DNA of 64,000 nt, counting the filler, from Reclinomonas americana ATCC 50394 (lineage: Eukaryota), in NCBI GenBank assembly GCA_048213135.1. It is 8 parts of 4 records of this genome, joined end to end, with 100 filler letters (N's around TTAATTAATTAA, not from the genome) between each part and the next. Parts side by side here need not be neighbours in the genome. Positions count along the whole stretch, not along the records: positions 1 to 10,076 come from PS015040.1; positions 10,177 to 12,867 come from PS015040.1; 6 more parts are not named here. One strand, given 5' to 3'. The notes below the pieces were generated by a model. The model did no database searches, had not been told where the DNA came from, and saw only the letters and a program-made list of their open reading frames with translations. Positions within the stretch are counted from its first letter, which is position 1. Every line of letters begins with the position of its first letter. The translations under genes and the position numbers were made by a program. Positions 1-11,712 of this stretch are shown here, in pieces.

Positions 1-1
1 C

Positions 2-2
<1 letters not shown>

Positions 3-55
<53 letters not shown>
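3..55. repeat. (TG)n microsatellite
   Basis: Perfect TG run, followed by an alternating purine-pyrimidine stretch (about 69-99). Confidence 0.95.
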
Positions 56-58
<3 letters not shown>

Positions 59-149
59 GTTGTTTTGGGTACGTACGCGTACGCGCGCATACGTATACCG
101 TTAATGCAACCACGAATTCTTGAAGCGGTCGCAGGGGTGCAGGAAACGC

Positions 150-625
150 GGAGAGTGTGAAGGCCACTTTGCTTGCACACACTCTGGAGATTGTTGCGAT
201 CGCACACGGTGGAGATGGATCTTACAGTCTCAGTTGTTCGACGCAACGCGACGGGCGAGAAGGCGACCTTGCGTGCTGCAGACTTGGGATCGATCGCACT
301 CTGCCAGCTCCAATGGATAGCAGATCGATCGGGGTCGTGTGGAGATGCATCGCGGCCTTCAGCACTTTGATCGGGATTGTGCACTGTGGCGATCGAGCAA
401 AGGGCGAGCTCGCACACGCTGGATATCGATCGCATGCACTCCTTCAGCAGATCGATCGGGATCGCGAATGGTGAGAAGGCCACCTCGCATGCACGCACTG
501 CAGATCGACTGCGCTCACGGGAGGTGCGCAAAATTGCGAATTCGAAGGGGCGAGAGGGTGACTTGCATGGCAAATTGGCGATCGATCGGGATCGCACAGA
601 GTGCTTGTGGAGATGCATATGGATC
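150..625. repeat. Degenerate repeat region built from GATCGATCGGGATCGC, GTGGAGATG and GAGAAGGC motifs
   Basis: CAGATCGATCGGG at 321 and 447, GATCGATCGGGATCGCA near 579, GTGGAGATG near 209, 339 and 607; no credible protein in any frame. Confidence 0.55.
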
Positions 626-734
626 ACCACGGAACTCTATTGTTTGAATTCGAATTTGACGGGTGCGCTGGCAACTTTCCAGCGCGAGAAGCTCGCGGCA
701 AGGTATCTCTTGCCCTCCGAGTGTCATTCCGAGA

Positions 735-796
735 AACAAACAAAACACTTCATTCACCACATGCCAATAATGTGACAAACGCCCACAAATCCCTTG
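735..796 (-). repeat. Short copy of dispersed repeat family (CAAGGGATTTG...GGTGAATGAAGTGTTTTGTTTG)
   Basis: Near-identical to 52150-52196 (cattcaccacat.ccaataatg.gacaaa.g.ccacaaatcccttg). Confidence 0.7.
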
Positions 797-1102
797 CCGA
801 CAATGACTAAGGCACAAACCACCATTTTATTCTCCGAACAGTCATCTTCCCTTTCAGCAAGCAAAGCCAAGCAATCGCGTGGTTGTACGATGCGCATGGG
901 AAGCACGAGCACGCGCGTCAAGGAGAGGACCGCACGAGGACAAGATCTGCGAAATCCCCGTTGAATCCACCTGATTTCCCCTTTCTACACGCCGGTCCAC
1001 CAAGGACACAGCTTTCCTCCATCCGAGAAACCCAAGCAAGAAGTCGCGTCCTCCACTCAAAGTTGTCCTCTGCAAATTCGTTCATTCGTCACCACAAACA
1101 GA

Positions 1103-1674
1103 ATGGCGTCGACGGCGACCAGCGCGATTCGCGACATTGAGATGTCAGGCAGTGGCAGTGCCACAGGCAGTGGCAGTGGCGAGAGCAAGGCCGCCGGCTT
1201 GACCACGTATTACCGCGCAAAGACCGATGACTTGGAGATCTTGATGCGCGCGCGCGTGGAGAACCTGCGGCGATTGGAGGCGCAGCGGAATGAGCTCAAC
1301 TCGCGAGGTAACTACAATGAGAGAGAGAGAGAAATGAGTGCGCGCGCGTGTGTTGAATGGTCGAGATGGCGCCAACGTGAACTCTCACTCTCTTTCTTTC
1401 ACTCTCTCTCTCTNNNNNNNNNNNNNNNNNNNNNNNNNNNNNNNNNNNNNNNNNNNNNNNNNNNNNNNNNNNNNNNNNNNNNNNNNNNNNNNNNNNNNNN
1501 NNNNNNNNNNNNNNNNNNNNNNNNNNNNNNNNNNNNNNNNNNNNNNNNNNNNNNNNNNNNNNNNNNNNNNNNNNNNNNNNNNNNNNNNNNNNNNNNNNNN
1601 NNNNNNNNNNNNNNNNNNNNNNNNNNNNNNNNNNNNNTCTCTCTCTCTCTCTCTCGTCTCTCTACTCACTCGTC

Positions 1675-1746
<72 letters not shown>

Positions 1747-3813
1747 TGTCTCCCGCTCACTCGCTTGTGTCTCTCTCACACACATACACGCTGTCTCTCT
1801 CACACACACACACACTCTCTCTCCCTGTCTCTTCTCTCTCTCTCTCTCTCACACACTCACTCACTTGTCTTTCAGTACGGTTGCTTCGCGAGGAGATTCA
1901 TCACCTGCAAGAGCCGAGCTCGCACGTGGGAGAGATCATCAAGGCGATGGGAAAGAACAAGCTGCTGGTCAAGATGCACCCCGAGGGCAAGTACGTTGCC
2001 GATCTCGACAAGTCCATTGACATCAATCAGGTCTTTGAGAGGGAGCAGAGTGGCGGAGGGAGGGAGGGAGGGCAGAAAGAGAGAGACGACACGCGCAGAG
2101 AGAGAGGTTGTTCTTTGGCCATCGAAGGTGATTGCAGGGACGCCTCAGTCGTCGCCTGAACATACACACAGAGCTACACAGGCACACAGGGAGAGAGAGA
2201 AAGGGAGAGCGTGTGCCAGACGCACACACATATCCACAAGAAAGAGTGTGTTCTTTGTCCGCAATGGCGATCGCAGGGGTGTCGATGTCGTCGCCTGAGG
2301 ATACGCACAGATAGAGAGAGAAAGGGAGAGCGTGTGCCAGACGCACACACATACATACAAGAGAGAAGGCGTTCTTTCTCCATCGGCGCCTTTGTCGTCG
2401 CCTGAGCATAATCACTGAGTAACACATGCACAGAGGGAGAGCGTGTGTCTGAGAGAAGGGAAGACGACGCACACGTACACACACAGCAGAGAGAAGGCTT
2501 TCTTTTCCCATCGATCGTCGCCTTGTCGCACACGCACAGATACTCGTGCAAAAAACACAACGAACAGCTCTCTGTCTCTGCGCAGTACGTCTGTGTTTGC
2601 ATGTGTTCAGCCGTGCAATCGCCTTTCATCTCAGCTCTCTCTCTCTCTCTCTCTCTCTGTAATCCCCTTTCCCCCCATCCCTCTCTCTGTGCACTCACTT
2701 TGTTGTACGCTTCGCAGTGCACGCCGAATACGCGTGTGGCTCTGCGCTCGGACTCGTACACTGTGCACAAGATCCTGCCGAACAAGGTCGATCCGCTGGT
2801 GTCGCTCATGCGTGTGGAGAAGGTGCCGGACTCGTCGTACGATCTCATTGGTGGACTCGATCGCCAAGTCAAGGAGATTCGTGAGGTCATTGAGTTGCCC
2901 ATCAAGCATCCCGAGTTGTTTGACGCGCTCGGCATTGCGCAACCGAAGGTTTGTGTTGATGTTGTTGATTGCATCTCTTTGTGTGTTTTCTGGCTCTCTT
3001 CCGTTTCTCTTGTCCTTCTGTGCTAATTCCGCGGTGCTTCCATTGCCACCTGTCGCTTCTTCCTTTCGCGTTCCTTGCTCTCTTCCTCTCGCGTCCCCTT
3101 CGTCTTCCCCCCTTTGTCTTCCCCCTTCGTCTTCCCCCCTTTGTCTTCCCCCTTTNNNNNNNNNNNNNNNNNNNNNNNNNNNNNNNNNNNNNNNNNNNNN
3201 NNNNNNNNNNNNNNNNNNNNNNNNNNNNNNNNNNNNNNNNNNNNNNNNNNNNNNNNNNNNNNNNNNNNNNNNNNNNNNNNNNNNNNNNNNNNNNNNNNNN
3301 NNNNNNNNNNNNNNNNNNNNNNNNNNNNNNNNNNNNNNNNNNNNNNNNNNNNNNNNNNNNNNNNNNNNNNNNNNNNNNNNNNNNNNNNNNNNNNNNNNNN
3401 NNNNNNNNNNNNNNNNNNNNNNNNNNNNNNNNNNNNNNNNNNNNNNNNNNNNNNNNNNNNNNNNNNNNNNNNNNNNNNNNNNNNNNNNNNNNNNNNNNNN
3501 NNNNNNNNNNNNNNNNNNNNNNNNNNNNNNNNNNNNNNNNNNNNNNNNNNNNNNNNNNNNNNNNNNNNNNNNNNNNNNNNNNNNNNNNNNNNNNNNNNNN
3601 NNNNNNNNNNNNNNNNNNNNNNNNNNNNNNNNNNNNNNNNNNNNNNNNNNNNNNNNNNNNNNNNNNNNNNNNNGGCAGCTCTCGTGGCGACGGTGGTGGC
3701 GGTCGTGGTGATTCGGAGGTGCAGCGCACCATGCTTGAGCTGCTGAATCAGCTCGACGGTTTCGAGGCCGCACAGAACATTAAGGTGCGAAACAAGATAT
3801 ATTTGTTGTCGGT

Positions 3814-3850
<37 letters not shown>

Positions 3851-4404
3851 TGTTCTCTTTCTCTCTGCTGTTCTCTTTCTCTCTTACTCTCTCTCTCTCT
3901 CTCTCTCTTCTCTCCTTCCCTTCTCTTCTCTCTCTCTCTCCCCTCTCCCCTCTCCCTCTCTGACTGACTGATAACGCCGTGCCAGGTGCTCATGTGCACC
4001 AACCGTATCGACATTCTCGACCCGGCCCTGCTGCGCCCCGGCCGTATCGACCGCAAGATCGAGTTCCCCAACCCGAACGAAACCGCACGTTTCGACATTC
4101 TGCGCATTCACTCGCGCAAGATGAACCTCATGCGCGGCATCAACCTCAAGAAGATTGCCGAGCAGATGAGCGGTGCTTCGGGTGCCGAGATGAAGGTGTG
4201 ACTTTGTGGCTTTTCTCTCGTCCCTTCTGTGTCTTCGTACTCACGCTGTCCTCCCGCCACCAGGCTGTGTGCACGGAAGCCGGCATGTTCGCCTTGCGTG
4301 AGCGCCGTGTGCATGTGACGCAGGAGGACTTTGAGATGGCCGTGGCCAAGGTCATGAAGAAGGACAGCGACAAGGACATGTCGGTGCGGAAGCTGTGGAA
4401 GTAA
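1103..4404 (+). CDS. PSMC5: 26S proteasome regulatory ATPase RPT6 (spliced; middle exons lost in gap)
   Basis: Exons about 1103-1307, 1876-2030, 2719-2948, 3674-3784, 3986-4195, 4264-4404. They encode [66 protein letters not shown] and end in RKLWK*. Confidence 0.97.
2100..2545. repeat. Intronic minisatellite, about 105-140 bp degenerate units, in RPT6 intron 2
   Basis: GTCGTCGCCTGA at about 2148, 2287 and 2394 (variant at 2514); GAGAGAAAGGGAGAGCGTGTGCCAGACGCACACACATA occurs twice. Confidence 0.8.
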
Positions 4405-4570
4405 GCTGCGCCGACAGGGACCGCCGAGGAGGAGGAGGAGAGAGGAGAGCGCGAGAGAAAGAAATACAACAACAACAAGAAGATGGAGAGACTGAAAGTG
4501 TACGTCGTGGCAATTGTTGGAGGAGGAAGGAGGATACAAAACATTGTTAGCTGCCGATTGGTTTATTCTG

Positions 4571-7500
4571 TCATCGCTCGTCGCGGCTGAGCACCGCCGT
4601 CGCACTGTGCGAGCTGACATTACTAAATTCCTCCACGTACTGCGTGATGCGCCTCTTGGAGCTCTCAAACTCCTCGCGCACACCGCCCAACTCGCCGCTG
4701 AATGACGGCTCCGATGCCACGGCATGCAAGCCAGCGTGCGCTGTCACCAAGTGGTGCACACGCTTCTGCAGGTCGCGATTTTCGCGACGCGTGGCCTCCA
4801 GCAGTTCGCGCTGCGTGTGCATCTCACGCGTCAACGTCTCCACTCGATGCGCTAACCGCGATTCGCTCTCCTCCAAGCGCCGGCGCGTTTCCGTCTCGCG
4901 TGCACACTGCGGGCGAGCACATGTCACCGGAATGAGATAATATCTTCTTGACCAAGAGCACCACCACCACCACGTACCACATTCTGCTCGTGCGCCAGCT
5001 GGTCGCGCAGGTCGGCAATGTCCTTCTCCAGCAACACAATGTGCTCCTGGCGGCGGGCCAGCTCGCGCTCCAAGTCGCGGCAGTTCTCACGCGCCGCACT
5101 CAGCTCGCCCGACAAGTCCGTGCCCAGAGACTGGGCGCGCCCGTGCTCTCGCTCCAGGCGCTGCAGGTGCTCTTGCAGGCGTGCGTTCGTGTCCTCCAGC
5201 ATCTTGATTTGAGAGCGGTAGTTCTCGATGTTGGCCTCGTGCGCCATGTTGCGATCCGACAACGCGCGCACCTCACGCTCCAGACGAGCGAGCGCTCCCT
5301 GCGAGTGCGAATTCAGGGTGCTGGCCTCGGCCTCGCGCTCCAGCAGCACGCCAAGACGCTGCTCCAGGTGCTTGCTCTTGTTCTCCAGCGCCTCACGCTC
5401 CGCCTCGACACGCTGCAACTTCTTGAGCACCAGGTCCATGGACGACGACCGTTCCGACTCGGTCGTCGACACTTCGGCGTTGCGTCGGCGCAAGTCCAAA
5501 ATAATGTCCTCCAACCCGCTGTTCTTCTCCGTCTCCCGACGCAGCTGACCGTACAGTGCCTCCTTCTCGCTCATCAGTAGATGCACCTTCTCCTCCAGTT
5601 CCTCCTTTTGCGACTGCAAGAAGGCCACATCGCGTTCCAGAGTCGAGCGCGACTTGTCGAGATTCGAGAAAATGATCTTGCTCGACTCGAGCTGCTGGCC
5701 GACAAACGCCTTTTCGCGCACGACTTCCTCGACGCGCTCGCGCGCAATCAGCAGCTGTGACGACAGCCGCTCATTCTCTTGCTGGCAGGCCGTCAGGTCC
5801 ACGTGTGAGCGCTCGTACTCCTCGCGCAGGCCGCGGAACTGAGTGCGAACGAAATTGATCTGCGCGAGAAGAAGTAAGCACCGAGACACCATCTTTCCGC
5901 CCCCAAGTGCACCAGCGGAGACTTGCCTCCTCGTCTTTGGAGAGAACCGCCTGACGCAGTTTGAGAAGCTCCGACTCGGCCGACTTGAGTTCGCGCGACA
6001 AGCGCTCCACATCCGCCACGGCCGCAAAGTACGACTTGAGCGCCTCGTCGTACTCTTCACGCGTGTGTCGCACATTGTGCTCGAGACGATTGCCTACAGG
6101 CGAGCGAGCAGGTGAGTGAGTGAGTCGAGGACAATGATAGCAACAGGAGAGGGGAACGCCGACGCACCCGCCGACTCCAGCTCCGACACGCGCAGCTTCC
6201 ATCGATCGCGATCGGCGGCGACCGCGGACAACTCTGCATTCACGTGCTGATTCTCACGCGTCATGGCCTGCACATCGTCGGCTGCCGCCTGCAGCTCGGC
6301 CTGTTGGTGCTGAATCACCCGCTCCGCACGCTGACGGTCGGTCATGGCGTCTTGCAGCTCGCGCGTCAACCGCGCAATCTCCTCGTCACGGGCGTGCACA
6401 TCGTGGCGCGACTGCTCGCGAATCACGCTCATCTCGCGCAGCTCGCCCTCCAGTCGCTGGATCGAGTCGATACGCTTCTTCATGTCACCCTCCAACCGCG
6501 ACACCAGCTCGGTCCTCGTGTCCAACGCCGCCTGCAGCTTGTCCCTGCGTGACGTGGTGAGTAAGATTACCGCCATCATCACCATCACCGTACAGTGACT
6601 CTGTCGCTCACCGCTCAGTGTCCAGCGCATAGACCGATTTCTGCAAACGCTGCAACTCCTTGCGCAGCGATCCGGACTGCAAAACAATGGTCAGTAACTG
6701 CAAACACACATTCCCACAATTAACACACCTCCTGGTCCGCCTCGGCAGCCACCCGACGGTACTCCTCCAGCTCCTGCCGATCGGACTCGGAACGACCGTG
6801 CCGATTCTGCATCTCGGCAATCATGCGCTCCCGCGCCTCCTCCATTTGTGCCACCAGGGTCGTCAGTCGCTGCAGTTGCTCATCCTTGTCGCGCAGTGCA
6901 CGATCGCGCTCCTCACAATCGGCATGCGACGCCTCCAGCTCGCGTCGCCGTGCCTGCTCCACTCTCCTGGCCTCCTCGGCCGCCCGTCGCTCGGCATTGC
7001 ATTGCTCCTCCAAGCCCTCGATGCGGCGCTGCAATCGCGAATTTTCCAGCACCCAGTCCTCGTCGCGTCGTGTGCGCGACAGTGCATCCTCCACCTGCTC
7101 CTCCAGCGTGTGCGACTTGTCCTCGGTCATCTACGAAAAATCCAAGTGAGAGGCACGCAGGCACGAGGGAAGCACAAAAAAACATACACACGCACCCGCA
7201 GTTGCGTACGAACGGCCGTGCTCTCCTGCTCAAGCAAGCGAATGCTGGTCACCGATCGCTCCACCTCCTGCGACAGCGAGTCGCGCTCGGCGCGCAACTC
7301 CTCCACCAGGCGACTGGACGAGTCGGCGGCGGCCTGCGCACGATCGCGCTCTGCATTGGCGGTGCGTACCGACGTCTGAATCGAGTCCAGTTGGTCGCGG
7401 AAGTCGGCGAGGCGCGCCGTCATTTGGTGATTCTCCTCGCGCAGCTTGGCCAGCGACTCCTTCAGCGCCTCCTTCTCCTGCTGCAGCTGTTCGACTCGGT

Positions 7501-9591
7501 GGCGCGCCTGATCGCGTTCCATCTCCGCGCGCGTCTTCTCCAGCTCCACCTCGCCCGACTCCTGTCGGAGCACACGCAGTCGCTCCTGCAGCTGCGCAAC
7601 GATCGCGTCCTGTTCGCGTGCCTGATCGCGCTGCATCTTGTTCGTCATGTCCTCCGTGGCCAGCGCCGTTATTCTCTTTTGCGCTGCGTCGAGCTCGCCA
7701 CGCAGCAACTGCACCTCGTCGTCCAGCAGCTCGCTCTTGCGCTTCCACTGTGTGCGTACGCGACAATCGCTGGGTGAGCGCACACCTCTCACGAACACAA
7801 GAAGACGTGAACCGAACCTTGGAGCTCTCAATGTCGAGCCTCTGCGTCCGCTCGGTCAACTCGGCCGTGTGCTGCCGCTCAGACTGCAGCTCCAGCGAGA
7901 TGCGAGTGTAGCGCTCCTCCAGCGACTTGTGCTCCTCTTGCGATGTCTCCAGCACACGCTCCATGCGACGGTTGGCTCGCATCAGGCTCTCGATTTCGCC
8001 CTCGGCCGTCGCCGCCTTGCCCTCCTGCTCCCTAAGCTGGCGCGACAAATGTCGAATCTGCTCCAGACGCTCTGCGACAAAAAAAAAACAACTGCAGTGA
8101 GTGGACGGCGAAAAAATAAAACGACTGCCGCCGACAACGTACCATCGCCGGATGTCGACGTGATCTGAATCTCCTTCTCGGCCTCCGCCAACTGCGTGCG
8201 ACAGTGCTTGAGCTGGTGCTGCAAGTCGTCGCGCTCGTCTTCCAGTCGTCGAATGATGTCGCGCAATTCCCGTTGCGTCGACTGCACCCACCACGAAGCG
8301 CAATGTGAGGCGCACAGAGCAGAAAAGACAAATGCTTCTTCTTGCATGTGTGTGCGGCACTCACCACTTGTGACAGGGCCGTCTCCAGCTGCGTGCGCAC
8401 CTCAATCATCTCCACATTGCGCGCGTGCAACTCGGACTGACTCTCGGCCAGACGCCGATGCAGCTCCTCCACTCGCGCCACCTCGCTGGTGGTCGACGAG
8501 ATGCTGCTGTGCACCGACGACGACGACGAATGTGACTGTATGACATGCGTGGTTGCCGCCGCCGACATGGGACGTGGCGGTGGTCCGCGTGGCGACGGCG
8601 GTCCGCTGTCGCTGCTGTCGTGCACATCGCCGCCAGTCACACGGGCGCCCGACAGCGCCGTCTTGAGGGCCTTGAGTTCGTCACGCAGAATCTGCGTGCG
8701 TCGCTCCAGTGCAGTCACTGTGCCCGTCAGTTGCTGTGCGACAAAGGAGTGAGGATGCAGCGCGAAAGAAAAAGACAGAAACCTCCAAGAAATACCTCGT
8801 TTTCCTCCTCGAGCTGCGTCACTCGCCGGGCGTCGCGCTCCAGTCGTGATCGTTCCTGCATCACGTTGATGAGTCCCACTCACTCACTCACTCACACAAA
8901 AGCTCGCTCCCTCACGCAACTTCGTCGAGTGTCGACACTTGCGAGTGCAAGTACTGAATCTGCTCATTCAGATGCTCCACCATGACCTGGTTGGCGGCAT
9001 CGAGGAAGTCGCCATGCGCACCGGTGACCGGCGCCGTGCCATTGACTTCCAATCGCGCGCCAAGCCGACCAATCTCCTGCTCACGCGAGCGCAGTTTGTC
9101 TTGCAGCACCGACACCCGTTCGGCAAACGCGCGGTTCTCGCCCTCGGCCTTGTGCAGACGCCGATTCAGATCGGTGATGCGCTCGTCGGCCAAGTCCAGC
9201 AACTCACGCGCATACGGCTCCGCCTGCGCCGCACGTGGAAGGTTCTCACGAGACACCGCTGCGCAATCGCTTCACTCAGTCCACGCTTTGCATGAGAGAG
9301 ACAACGCTGGCGACGCAACGAGCAGCAGGCGCTGTCATCTGAATGGTCTGCGTGCGCCCGAGCACCGCAGTGGCCGCCGACACATCCGATCCACTAAACA
9401 CCTGCGCCTTGCGCAACGCCTCATCCAGTCGCTGTCGCAGCTTATCGACCTCCTGCGCAGCTGCCCGCCACTTGTGCGTCGCATGCGCGTTCAAGAAGCG
9501 CAGCTCCTTCATGTCAGCCTCGGCATGGTGTGCACTCTCCCGCGCCACTCGCTCAGCCTCCTTGGCACGCTCCTCCGCCTGCGACACCTCG
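4571..9591 (-). CDS. CEP135: Centriolar coiled-coil protein CEP135/BLD10, central and C-terminal exons
   Basis: About 12 exons of continuous heptad-rich sequence (ELLDLADERITDLNRR, KLRSREQEIGRL, NQVMVEHLNEQIQYL, DDVQAMTRENQHVNAEL); the matching N-terminus lies adjacent on a flipped contig. Confidence 0.75.
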
Positions 9592-9755
9592 NNNNNNNNN
9601 NNNNNNNNNNNNNNNNNNNNNNNNNNNNNNNNNNNNNNNNNNNNNNNNNNNNNNNNNNNNNNNNNNNNNNNNNNNNNNNNNNNNNNNNNNGACTAGGATC
9701 GTTTTTTATAATTTGCGCGCGAAAACACAAAAAACAAGAGATTGTGAGAGAAGAG

Positions 9756-10076
9756 ATGACGAGTGAGCGTCGCTTTGCCGAGTTGTGCACGCGACTGCGA
9801 GCGGCTGGGTACACACAGCCACTGGGCATTGAGTCTGCGGCACTGGCACAGCGTCTGTTCGACGATGTGTTGGCGCAGGCTGATGAACTGGGCACACTGC
9901 GAGGCGATCTGGAGAAGCAGCAGCGCTCAGTGTTGCAGCTGCAGGCGCAGGTGAGTCAATAAGACACACACACACACACACACGCAGAGGAGACATGCTC
10001 ACTCTCTGGTGTCACAGCTGGATCCTTTGCGCAAAGAGTTGGCTCGTGTCATTCGCGAGAACAATCAGCTGCACGG
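9756..10076 (+). CDS. CEP135: CEP135/BLD10 N-terminal exons (on an inverted contig)
   Basis: MTSERRFAELCTRLRAAGYTQPLGIESAALAQRLFDDV...|LDPLRKELARVIRENNQLH resembles the conserved CEP135 N-terminus; one GT-AG intron at 9951-10017. Confidence 0.8.
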
Positions 10077-10372
10077 NNNNNNNNNNNNNNNNNNNNNNNN
10101 NNNNNNNNNNNNNNNNNNNNTTAATTAATTAANNNNNNNNNNNNNNNNNNNNNNNNNNNNNNNNNNNNNNNNNNNNGCTCTCTGTCGCTGTCACGGTCTC
10201 TAAAAGCGACGCACGCAGTACAACGAGAACAGAGAGACTGTTGTGTCTGCGTTGTGCGCGTGTGTGAGAGAGTGAGCAACGAAAAGATTACGGACGGACA
10301 GGGTTCGAAATGGCGCCGTCGCGTCGATGTTTTTTGGCGCGAGTTGTCTCCCTTTACCTTCCTCTCTTCTCG

Positions 10373-11664
10373 ATGGCTCACAAGGTGCGTTCTTCAATGC
10401 ACACCATGTGCTTGCGTGTGTGTGTGTGCATTGCTGAGTGGTGTACACGCATTCAGACGACCGAGTTCAGCGATGCCGAGCTTGCGGCGTTGCTAGTGAA
10501 GCGAGCGCGTGAGCTGGATGCACGCTCGCGTACCACCGGCTCCTCTGTGTACATGCAGAATGCACGGTTTGCTTTACACAACTGCGGTGATGTTGTTGTT
10601 GTTGTTGTCTCATTGTGTCGGATGACAGGCGAGTTGCGACTGGCACCACCAACAAGAGCTTCCTCGTGAACTTGATCCACGGTGCTGTGCAGCACAATCG
10701 CCGTCAGGGTGCATCAGTGACCTCGGCTTCATCGTCTCGGCGGCATCGGCGTCACGATGATGATGATGATGAGGACGAGGACGATGATCGTCGTCGTCCA
10801 CCAGCATCGTCAGCAGCAGCGCTGAACATTCCCGCCAGTGCATTCGAGGTGTACGATCCGCTGCTGGACCCGGAGCGGGCCAAGCAGCCGCGCAAGATCC
10901 CCGAGTGGGATCTGCTGAAGATGACGCCGCAGCAGCGGCTGGAGATGGAGCGCAAGGAGGAGCTGGCGCGCGAGGAGAAGCGGCTGCGTGCGCGGGCCGA
11001 GGCGGAGAAGCTGCGACGGGAGCAGGCGGAGCGGTTGGTGATGGAGATGGAGGATGCCGGTGAGAAGGCGGGGGAGGGCGATGAGAAGATGAAGGAGCGG
11101 CGTGAGCGCTGGTCGGAGCTGGTCGCCGCCAAGGAGGAGAAGCGGTCAGAGTCGTCGCGCAAGTACCGCCGGCGGAAGCGCTCCACGTCGCCAGCCACAT
11201 CCTCTTCTTCTTCTTCCTCCTCCTCCACCGAGTCGTCATCGTCGGTAGATGAGAAAAAGGAGGAGAAGGAGAGACGGCGACGGGAGAAGAGGAGGAAGGA
11301 GCGGAAGGAGAAGAAGAGGCAGCATCGTAGCCGCAAGCGGTCGCGGCGCGACGACAGCAGTGGCGACGACGACGATGATGAGGTGGCGACTCTGCGAAAG
11401 GCGGTGGAGCGATCGAGGAAAGCACCGGCGGCGACTGCATCCGCCGAGGCGGAGGCCGGACCGCCGCGCCCTTCGCGACTGCGCATGGACGGCTACGTGT
11501 CGGATCCCGACCGGGCGGCCATGTTCGAGGGCGTGGAGGTGAATGGAGTGTTCTACAAGCCACTGGCAAAGGAGGACAAGTCTAGCAAGGAGCGAGGGCG
11601 GAAGCGGGACTCGAAGAGGCGGCACCGTCGCTCCTCCTCCTCCACTTCTTCTTCATCGTCATAG
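10373..11664 (+). CDS. Hypothetical K/R/S/D-rich, probably nuclear protein
   Basis: Three exons, MAHK|TTEFSDAELAALLVKRA...|...TNKSFLVNLIHGAVQHNRR, then a charged low-complexity tail to TAG at 11664. Confidence 0.6.
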
Positions 11665-11712
11665 TGTACTAAACAGTGTCACACGGGATGTATTATTATG
11701 ATTCTCGAATTA

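Noticed and set aside
1394-3960. Long SLSL, ERER or CVCV ORFs and ORFs spanning N-runs in the ORF track
   Set aside because: Translations of CT/GA/CA microsatellites, introns and gaps.
4948-7777. Long + strand ORFs opposite CEP135 (and similar ones opposite other genes)
   Set aside because: Antisense shadows caused by high GC3 codon bias.
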